A stretch of 32,000 bases of DNA, from the NCBI RefSeq assembly GCF_000482745.1, contig NZ_AXWQ01000007.1, positions 122,865 through 154,864 on the forward strand, read 5' to 3'. The stretch comes from Oleidesulfovibrio alaskensis DSM 16109. GTDB taxonomy: Bacteria; Desulfobacterota; Desulfovibrionia; Desulfovibrionales; Desulfovibrionaceae. Shown piece after piece: positions 9,615 to 16,502 of this stretch (positions are counted from its first letter, which is position 1; each line of letters starts with the position of its first letter). The notes below the pieces were generated by a model. The model was not told the DNA's origin, ran no database searches, and saw nothing but the letters and a program-made list of their open reading frames with translations. The position numbers and the translations under genes are program-made.

Positions 9615-9775
9615 GCTGAATCCTCCGGAATGTGCATGTGCACAGAAAAAATAAGCGTGCTGTCAGGTGAGCCCGGCGGCAATGATAACTCCGCAGGCTG
9701 CGCGGATATGTCGGCTCCGGCGGCGGAACAACAGGTTATCATCTGTCTGCCTGCGGCTCCGGATCTGCAGGGTGG

Positions 9776-10543
9776 TCACTCCTGCCCGGGCATGAAGTAT
9801 GCCCGGTACAGATCCCGGTACCCTTCTGACGCTTTGTACTCCTTCAGCCGGAAGGAAAACTCCTGTACAAATTTTTCTGTCACGGTGTTTTTGTTGAAGA
9901 TGGCGTACAGACCGTCAGTCTTTACTACAATATCGGTATGCGGTCTGATTCCCTTTAGGTGGAGGGAGTTCAGCACATGCCGCCCGTTGCCGTATTCCGC
10001 GGCAATGGCGTCCAGCCGGCCCATGGCCAGTTTTTTAAAGTTGATGGCGTCGGAATGCACCTTTTCCACCACGCAGTGGGTCTCGATGTAGTCCCAGAAT
10101 TCCAGAGTATAGCTGTAACCGCTTACAACACCGATTTTAAGCCCCCGCAGGTCGTCAAGCGAGCGCAGGTTTTTCTTCCTGCTCCAGAGTATCCATGGTG
10201 AATCCACCAGAGATTCTTCCGGGTAGCGCGCAAACATCTCCCGGTCGGCCGTATGGTTTGCCGAAAACAGCACATCGGCCCCGCCTGCCTGAAAAATGCC
10301 CATGGCGCGCTGCCATGGAAACGCCTTGGTGCTTTTTACCGGCACCCCCATGCCGTTAAGCACGTGGTGCACAACGCGTGTGGCAAACCCGTTGACACGC
10401 CCGTCGTGCTGGGTCTGATAGGGTGGCCATACGTCGCATACAAGCACCAGCGGCCGTTCCGTTTTTTGCGCGGCATAAAACGGCAGCGCCGTAACGGCCA
10501 GCAGAAGCATGATGAAAACAACTGTACGTATGGAATACCACAT
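9776..10543 (-). CDS. Periplasmic solute-binding protein, family 3 (PBP type 2, amino-acid-binding-like), orphan
   Basis: 255 aa. Signal peptide (VVFIMLLLAVTALPFYAAQ) and an SBP_bac_3-like pattern (VCDVWPPYQ...GFATRVV...FPWQRA...GGADVLFSANHTADRE...LKIGVVSGYSY...GRLDAIAAEY). No permease or ATPase genes are adjacent. Confidence 0.75.
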   Translation of the reverse strand: MWYSIRTVVFIMLLLAVTALPFYAAQKTERPLVLVCDVWPPYQTQHDGRVNGFATRVVHHVLNGMGVPVKSTKAFPWQRAMGIFQAGGADVLFSANHTADREMFARYPEESLVDSPWILWSRKKNLRSLDDLRGLKIGVVSGYSYTLEFWDYIETHCVVEKVHSDAINFKKLAMGRLDAIAAEYGNGRHVLNSLHLKGIRPHTDIVVKTDGLYAIFNKNTVTEKFVQEFSFRLKEYKASEGYRDLYRAYFMPGQE

Positions 10544-10916
10544 GGTTGAGGATACTACAGAAAATGCGGGGAACCAGACAGTATTTTTTTAAGTCGGCTT
10601 CTGTCCGGCGCGCACATGGCACGAGGCGCGGGTGAGCATTTTTTCACAAAAAGGGCAGACTGTAGCAAATGCTACGGTGCGGGACTGCGGGTGCCGCTAG
10701 AGTCTGTCATGCTGTCAGGCGGCGGACACAGGCGGTAGTATGGTGGCGGACACCTTGCGCACATTGCCCTTGTGCGGAATATAAAATGACTGATATGCGC
10801 TGTGGTGCCGGACTGTTCCGGCGCGCGGAAGCTGCCTGAAAGCGGCGGACCGGCCGCACGGACGCGTGCGGAGAACCGGTTGATGTTGCGCAACTTTTAC
10901 TACGCGAGGAGTGGAT

Positions 10917-12368
10917 ATGAGCGGGTCTAACAACAGAAACACGCAGGACGCCGGTGCCGGTCCCAGACCGGGATTGCTCTGGGCCGTGCTGTGCTTCACG
11001 CTGCCTGTGGGCGTCATCCTGTACGGAACCGTTTTTGTGGGAGTGCGCCCGCCCGTGCTGCCGTTGCTGGCCGCCGTGGCGCTGGCCGGATTGATGTGCC
11101 TGCCTGTGGGCTACACATGGAAAGAGCTGCAGGAAGGCATGCTGGAGTCTCTGGGCAGGGTGCAGCTTGCCGTGGCCATTCTGGTCATGGTGGGCATGAC
11201 CATCAGCGCGTGGCTGGCATCGGGCACCATTCCGGCCATCATCTACTGGGGGCTTAAACTTATCGCTCCGCAGTATTTTTTTGCATCGGCTTTTGTGCTG
11301 TGCGCCGTTGCTTCTGTGGCCACAGGAACATCGTTCGGCACCATGGGCACCATCGGTGTCGCCCTGCTGGGCGTGGGCGGGGTGATGGGTTTTTCGCCCG
11401 CCATGACCGTGGGGGCCATCGTTTCCGGAGCCTATTTCGGTGACAAAATGTCTCCGGTTTCCGACTCCACCAACATTACCGCCACCATCTGCGAAACTCC
11501 GCTTTTCACGCATATCAGTTCCATGATGTGGACCACCGTGCCCGCCGCGCTGGTGGCCATGGCCGGCTTTATGCTGCTGGGGGCCACGCAGACGGCTGCC
11601 TCCGGCAGTCTGGAAAGCCTTTCCGGCATTCTGGCGGGCCTTGAAAACGGCTTCAACCTGTCGCCGGTGGTATTCATTCCTCCGGTGCTCATGGTGATAC
11701 TGGCTTACAGAAGATACCCCGTGCTGCCGGTCATGGGCGTATGTCTGCTGAGCGCGCTGCTCATCGCGCTGGCAGGCGGCGCCACGCTGGATGTGCTGGC
11801 AAAGCAGCTGACCACCGGCTACAAGGCCGCCACGGAATCGGCACAGCTTAACAAGCTGCTTTCGCGCGGGGGGCTTATGTCTGTCATGCCCACCATTCTG
11901 CTGCTGACTTCGGGTATGGCTTTCGGCGGCATTCTGGAGCGCGCCCGCGTGCTGGAAGTGCTTCTTGATGCCATGCTGCGCGGTTCCAGGTCGCCTGTGC
12001 GGCTTGTGGCGTCCACGCTGGGGTCCGCATATATCATACTGCTGGGCACCGGCAGCCAGATGCTGGCTGCCATTATTCCCGGCCGTGCCTTTCTGCATGC
12101 CTACGATGAAAACGACCTGCACCGCTCCGTGCTTTCGCGCACCTGCGAAGACGCCGGTACGCTTGGCTGCCCGCTGGTGCCGTGGAGCGTGCACGCATTT
12201 TATATAATGGGGGTGCTGGGTGTCAGCGCCTATGAATTTGCCCCGTACGCTTTGCTTAACTGGGGCGTTCCCGTGTTTTCCATTCTGTGCGCCATGACCG
12301 GCATCGGCATGCGCAGGCGCGACGGTTCGCCCGTGCGCCGTGCACCCGCACAGGTGGAAAACGCCTGA
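10917..12368 (+). CDS. nhaC: NhaC-family (Na+/H+ antiporter-type) membrane transporter
   Basis: About 483 aa and polytopic. NhaC-family motif region GAIVSGAYFGDKMSPVSDSTNITA. ATG 10917 follows GAGGAG (10906-10911); the track start at 10911 is a GTG two codons upstream. Confidence 0.85.
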   Translation: MSGSNNRNTQDAGAGPRPGLLWAVLCFTLPVGVILYGTVFVGVRPPVLPLLAAVALAGLMCLPVGYTWKELQEGMLESLGRVQLAVAILVMVGMTISAWLASGTIPAIIYWGLKLIAPQYFFASAFVLCAVASVATGTSFGTMGTIGVALLGVGGVMGFSPAMTVGAIVSGAYFGDKMSPVSDSTNITATICETPLFTHISSMMWTTVPAALVAMAGFMLLGATQTAASGSLESLSGILAGLENGFNLSPVVFIPPVLMVILAYRRYPVLPVMGVCLLSALLIALAGGATLDVLAKQLTTGYKAATESAQLNKLLSRGGLMSVMPTILLLTSGMAFGGILERARVLEVLLDAMLRGSRSPVRLVASTLGSAYIILLGTGSQMLAAIIPGRAFLHAYDENDLHRSVLSRTCEDAGTLGCPLVPWSVHAFYIMGVLGVSAYEFAPYALLNWGVPVFSILCAMTGIGMRRRDGSPVRRAPAQVENA

Positions 12369-12402
12369 CAAAACATGAAAAAACGGGAGACCGGTGTATA
12401 GT

Positions 12403-13965
12403 ATGGCTTCAGAATCCATAAAGAACGTCATCTTCATCATGCTGGATACTCTGCAGTTCAACTATCTGGGCTGCTACGGCAATAAAGAGGTGAAGACGCC
12501 TAATCTGGACCGTTTTGCCGGGGAAGGCTTTCTTTTTGAAAACGCCTACAGCGAAGGGCTGCCGACCATCCCTGTGCGCCGTGCGCTGATGACCGGACGC
12601 TACACGCTGCCTTACGGCGGCTGGAAGCCGCTGGACCCCGAGGATACCACGCTGACCGATATTCTGTGGTGCCGCGAGGTGCAGACGGCTCTGGTATACG
12701 ATACGCCGCCCATGCGGCTGCCCAAATACGGCTATTCGCGCGGGTTTGACTATGTGCGGTTCTGCAACGGGCACGAACTGGATCACGAGACCTTCAGCAA
12801 GGTACCGCTTTCTGAAAAGTTCAAGCCGGAAGACTATGTTTCGCCCAACTGGCTTACGCGTGATGCGGACGGCGAACTGGACAGCTCCGGCAAATCGCTG
12901 CTGCGCGAGACGGAATGCTATCTGCGTCAGCGGCAGAAGTGGCAGTCGGACGCGGACAACTATGTGGCTGTGGTTGCCCGCGAAAGTGATGACTGGCTGC
13001 GGACCAAGCGCGATCCCGAACGTCCGTTCTTTTTGTGGGTTGATTCCTTTGACCCGCACGAACCGTGGGATCCGCCTTCGGTGTGGGAAGGCCGCCCCTG
13101 CCCGTACGATCCCGACTACACGGGCAATCCGCTGCTGCTGGCGCCGTGGTCCGAAGTGGCCGGTGTGCTGACTGAAGAAGAATGCAGGCATATCCGCGCC
13201 CTGTACGCCGAAAAGGTGACTCTGGTGGACAAGTGGATGGGCCGTCTGTTTGATTCTCTGAAAGAACAGGGGCTGTGGGACAACACCATGGTTGTGGTCA
13301 CATCGGACCACGGACAGCCCATGGGCGAAGGCGAACACGGCCACGGTATCATGCGCAAGTGCCGTCCGTGGCCCTATGAAGAGCTGGTGCATGTGCCCCT
13401 GATGGTGCATGTCCCCGGTCTGAAAGGCGGTAAGCGTATCAGCAGTTTTGTGCAGAACGTGGACATATCGGCCACCATCATGGACGCGCTCGGATACTAT
13501 AATACGGAAGCCCTGCATGATGCGGGGCACGAAAGCATAAGCACCTACGATGCGGAAGATATGCACGGCATCAGCCTGCTTCCGGTCATGCGCGGAGAAA
13601 CGCAGACCGTGCGCGATTTTGCCATTGCCGGGTACTATGGCATGTCATGGTCTATTATAACACATGATTACAGCTATATACATTGGATAACGCGCGAGAT
13701 CGACACAGACTCCATGAACAAGATATTCTACGACGGTTCCGGCAAGGGCGGTAACGCCGGCAGGCAGTCCGCCCAGCTGGAGGTCAAGGAAGAGATGTGG
13801 ACCTGTGTGCCCGGTGCCGAGGTGGCATTGCCGCAGCAGGACGAGCTGTACGACCGGAAAAACGATCCGTTCCAGCTTAACAACATCATCGCCGAACAGC
13901 CGGAAAAAGCGAAAGAGCTGCTGCAGCAGCTCAAGCTGTTCATCGGCGAGCTGAGAACAACCTGA
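12403..13965 (+). CDS. Sulfatase-fold (alkaline-phosphatase superfamily) hydrolase with Thr at the formylglycine position; no signal peptide
   Basis: About 520 aa. N-terminal metal-site strand VIFIMLDTLQ, then FENAYSEGLPTIPVRRALMTGRYT, which aligns without gaps to the sulfatase signature (C/S-x-P-x-R-xxx-x-TGR). Later family motifs are DSFDPHEPW and VVTSDHGQPMGEGEHGHG. The start is ambiguous between GTG 12394 and ATG 12403. Confidence 0.85.
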   Translation: MASESIKNVIFIMLDTLQFNYLGCYGNKEVKTPNLDRFAGEGFLFENAYSEGLPTIPVRRALMTGRYTLPYGGWKPLDPEDTTLTDILWCREVQTALVYDTPPMRLPKYGYSRGFDYVRFCNGHELDHETFSKVPLSEKFKPEDYVSPNWLTRDADGELDSSGKSLLRETECYLRQRQKWQSDADNYVAVVARESDDWLRTKRDPERPFFLWVDSFDPHEPWDPPSVWEGRPCPYDPDYTGNPLLLAPWSEVAGVLTEEECRHIRALYAEKVTLVDKWMGRLFDSLKEQGLWDNTMVVVTSDHGQPMGEGEHGHGIMRKCRPWPYEELVHVPLMVHVPGLKGGKRISSFVQNVDISATIMDALGYYNTEALHDAGHESISTYDAEDMHGISLLPVMRGETQTVRDFAIAGYYGMSWSIITHDYSYIHWITREIDTDSMNKIFYDGSGKGGNAGRQSAQLEVKEEMWTCVPGAEVALPQQDELYDRKNDPFQLNNIIAEQPEKAKELLQQLKLFIGELRTT

Positions 13966-13971
13966 CAGAAA

Positions 13972-14005
13972 CCCGCCGCGGCAGGCAGCCGCCTGCCGCG
14001 GCGGG
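13972..14005. repeat. Perfect 15-bp GC-rich inverted repeat (hairpin) without a U-tract
   Basis: cccgccgcggcaggc (13972-13986), loop agcc, gcctgccgcggcggg (13991-14005). It starts 7 nt after the sulfatase-like stop and ends 31 nt before the crp-family start. Confidence 0.6.
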
Positions 14006-14035
14006 CATGGCGCGCAGGGCGCGCCGGAGAACATC

Positions 14036-14701
14036 ATGGAAGATTTCTGGAGAATACGCGCCACGGACACCGCATGGAAAGGTGTGCTGCATCTGGCGTC
14101 GCCGCGCAGGTACAGCAGGGGCGAAGTGATTATCCGCGCCGGAGAAATGGTGGACAGCCTGTTTTATCTCGAATCCGGCGAAGTGCGCATGATCCGTACC
14201 AGTATGGAAGGATCGGAAAAGATCCTGATGTACATCGAGGAAGGCACTCTGTTCGGCGAAACGCCGTTTTTTACCGGTCAGCCCATCCTGAGCACGTTTG
14301 TGTGTTCGCGGCCTGCGGTTATCTGGCGCTTTTCGCGGCACAGCGTCTATGCCGATCTGCTGCCCAACCATCCGGAAATCGTCAGTTCGCTGCTGCACAC
14401 GTTTGCGGCAAAGGTGAGCACGCTCAGCAACCAGTCCGCCTCGCTGGGACTGCAGAATGTGGCGGAGCGGCTGTGTACGTTTTTGTATGTCACCAGCGGC
14501 GAGAGCATATCCGGTGCCCATGGCGCCGAACTGAAACTTTCCATGAAAATGCGCGATATCGCCAACCTGCTGGGCGTGCATCGCACCACGCTGTACAAAG
14601 CCATCCGCGATCTTGAAAAAGAGGGTGTGCTGGAAAATTTTACCAGAGACAGTGTGCGCATTGCCGATGTGACGCGGTTTCTGGAAATGGTGCATAAATA
14701 A
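14036..14701 (+). CDS. Crp/Fnr-family transcriptional regulator
   Basis: 221 aa. N-terminal cNMP-binding-like beta-barrel (GEVIIRAGEMVDSLFYLESGEVRMI...GTLFGETPFF) and a C-terminal HTH (MKMRDIANLLGVHRTTLYKAIRDLEKEGVL). There is no FNR-type N-terminal Cys cluster. A GGAGA RBS sits 5 nt upstream. Confidence 0.85.
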   Translation: MEDFWRIRATDTAWKGVLHLASPRRYSRGEVIIRAGEMVDSLFYLESGEVRMIRTSMEGSEKILMYIEEGTLFGETPFFTGQPILSTFVCSRPAVIWRFSRHSVYADLLPNHPEIVSSLLHTFAAKVSTLSNQSASLGLQNVAERLCTFLYVTSGESISGAHGAELKLSMKMRDIANLLGVHRTTLYKAIRDLEKEGVLENFTRDSVRIADVTRFLEMVHK

Positions 14702-14702
14702 C

Positions 14703-14724
14703 GGACCGCTGCGGCGGTTTTTTT
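14703..14724 (+). terminator. Putative weak rho-independent terminator after the crp-family gene
   Basis: Short hairpin accgc-tgcg-gcggt (14705-14718) followed by a 7-T run (14718-14724). Confidence 0.4.
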
Positions 14725-14790
14725 CTCACGCAGGGGCGGGCTGCATTGCCCGGCACCTGCCGTGCGGAACATGACGGCAAGGAGCTGTAT

Positions 14791-15102
14791 ATGAGTTTGC
14801 AGACTGTGACGCCGGGCGATCTTGATGCCCGCATAGAACAGACCGCGCAGGGTATTGTGCTGTTTCACAAGGAACTGTGCCCGCATTGCAAGAATATGGA
14901 AAAAGTGCTGGCCAAATTCGGCGCCAAAAATCCCGATGTGGAACTGCTGGCCGTGGACAGCGAAGCAGACCCCGCGGTGATGGAAGCCTACGGCGTGGAG
15001 CGTGTGCCGTCGCTGGTCATCGTGCGCGGGGGGCGGGCCGTGTATACCCGCACCGGTCTTATGAATCCTAAGGAACTGACAACACTGTATCATTCAGTAT
15101 AG
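14791..15102 (+). CDS. Thioredoxin-fold protein with a CPHC active site
   Basis: 103 aa. The C-P-H-C motif (14878-14889) lacks the canonical preceding Trp, and a cis-Pro context is present (VERVPSLVIV). ATG 14791 follows AAGGAG (14779-14784); the track start at 14746 adds 15 unsupported residues. Confidence 0.85.
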   Translation: MSLQTVTPGDLDARIEQTAQGIVLFHKELCPHCKNMEKVLAKFGAKNPDVELLAVDSEADPAVMEAYGVERVPSLVIVRGGRAVYTRTGLMNPKELTTLYHSV

Positions 15103-15133
15103 CGCCGCGGCGCGGGGAGTATGGCTGAGCACC

Positions 15134-16051
15134 ATGGAAACCAGACAGGTTGATGTGCTTATACTGGGCGGCGGGGTGGCCGGCATGACCGCCGCCGTTT
15201 ACGCCGCCCGCGCGGGGCTGCGTGTGACGCTGCTGGAGGAGAATGCCTGCGGCGGGCTGGTAAACTGGACGCGTGTTGTCGAAAATATGCCGTCCTACAT
15301 CAGCATACCCGGCATGGAACTGGCCGACCGCATGGCGGAACAGGTGGCCGCGCTGGGGGTGGATGTGGAAGAGGCCGCCTGCATTGAAGAAATATCACTC
15401 GCGGCCGGAGACAAAACTGTCGTGGCCGACGATGTGCGGTATGAGGCCCGTGCCGTCATTGCCGCCACGGGGCGCAGGCCGGTGCTGCTGGACTGTGCCG
15501 GCGACTGCTGTCAGGTGCATTACTGTGCCATATGCGACGGCAGCGCGTACAAGGGCCGGCACGTGCTGGTGGTGGGCGGCGGCAACAGCGGATTTGACGA
15601 GGCTCTGGCCCTGCTGGACACGGGTGTGGCACGGGTGACTCTGATCGAGGCGCAGGACAGGTTTTTTGCCGCGGCCGCGGCGCAGCGTGCGCTGGCCGCC
15701 CGTGAGGGTGCAGTCATGTATACCTCCACGCGGGTGACGCAGCTGCACGGGACGGATGCTCTTGAGTCCGTCACGCTGACCCGTGCAGACGGTTCGGAAC
15801 AGCAGCTGCCGTGCGACGGAATATTTGTGTTCATGGGGCAGGAGCCAAGCACGCAGCTTTTCCGCGGGCAGCTGGAACTGGACGCACAAGGCTACGTAGT
15901 CACTGACGGCCTGATGGCCACATCGGTGCCCGGCGTGTTCGCGGCGGGTGACGTGCGGCCCAAGCGTTACCGGCAGATAACCACGGCCCTGTCTGACGGC
16001 ACCGTGGCCGCGCTGGAGGCGGAAAGGTATATCCGCCGTACGGCGGGCTGA
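15134..16051 (+). CDS. trxB: Low-molecular-weight thioredoxin-reductase-like flavoprotein (TrxB family) lacking the NADPH 2'-phosphate motif
   Basis: 305 aa. FAD GxGxxG (ILGGGVAGMTAA), redox-active CAIC (15524-15535; compare CATC in E. coli TrxB), a second dinucleotide fold (VVGGGNSGFDEA) and the C-terminal GVFAAGDV...YRQ...A..DG motif. Where the HRRDxxR motif is expected, the sequence reads IEAQDRF (15644-15664). Confidence 0.88.
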   Translation: METRQVDVLILGGGVAGMTAAVYAARAGLRVTLLEENACGGLVNWTRVVENMPSYISIPGMELADRMAEQVAALGVDVEEAACIEEISLAAGDKTVVADDVRYEARAVIAATGRRPVLLDCAGDCCQVHYCAICDGSAYKGRHVLVVGGGNSGFDEALALLDTGVARVTLIEAQDRFFAAAAAQRALAAREGAVMYTSTRVTQLHGTDALESVTLTRADGSEQQLPCDGIFVFMGQEPSTQLFRGQLELDAQGYVVTDGLMATSVPGVFAAGDVRPKRYRQITTALSDGTVAALEAERYIRRTAG

Positions 16052-16085
16052 TGCCGGTTTTTTACTGCGGTCGCCGGGCAGGGGC

Positions 16086-16502
16086 ATGATGCGCGGCGGC
16101 TCCGGATTTTCGCGTCCTTTCCGGCTGACGCTGTATGACCCAGACCCGCGCCGGTGCCGGGCCACGGCGGATATGCTGCGTCGCGAGCTGGGCCGGCATG
16201 TGTTTCGGGACTTGCGCGGCGGCGTTGTTTCGGCCAATGTCACCGAAGTTGCCTGTTATCTGGCCATAGCCCGGCAGGGATACGCCGACAGTGTTCCCGT
16301 GCTGGAGCTTGACGGCGTTCCGCTGAGCCGGTGTCTGGTGCTGGAACCGCCTCATGTGCGCAGCTTTGCCGCATGGCTGGAGCAGCAGGCGCAAAAGGAA
16401 GACAGGGGCGGTTCTCAGCCGCCCTATCTGCAGCATTGTGGCGGCAGGTTCCCCGACAGGAGTCAGGAGAGCGAACTTATTTTTCCGGAGGATAAACCGT
16501 GA
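16086..16502 (+). CDS. Hypothetical small protein, possibly a degenerate thioredoxin/glutaredoxin-like fold
   Basis: 138 aa, with genome-typical G/C-ending codons. Its last codons carry the GGAGGA RBS (16487-16492) for the next gene, and its TGA overlaps the GTG start of that gene (GTGA at 16499-16502). The pattern RLTLYDPDPRRCRATADMLRREL ... SVPVLELDGVPL loosely resembles a Grx beta-alpha-beta / cis-Pro layout with only one Cys. I recognise no family confidently. Confidence 0.5.
   Translation: MMRGGSGFSRPFRLTLYDPDPRRCRATADMLRRELGRHVFRDLRGGVVSANVTEVACYLAIARQGYADSVPVLELDGVPLSRCLVLEPPHVRSFAAWLEQQAQKEDRGGSQPPYLQHCGGRFPDRSQESELIFPEDKP

Noticed and set aside
9625-9645. Tandem TGTGCA TGTGCA next to the MCP RBS, plus sigma28-like (GCCGACAT) and sigma54-like matches in the SBP-MCP spacer.
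   Set aside because: The repeat is only two hexamers. The sigma28-like box has no TAAA -35 element at the required 15-nt spacing. The sigma54-like match has only the GG of the -24 box.
15121-15153. 10-codon mini-ORF (MAEHHGNQTG) overlapping the trxB-like start, behind a GGGGAG box; possible leader peptide.
   Set aside because: The SD-like box is only 1 nt from this ATG, which is too close. The peptide has no regulatory-leader features. It is more likely coincidental.
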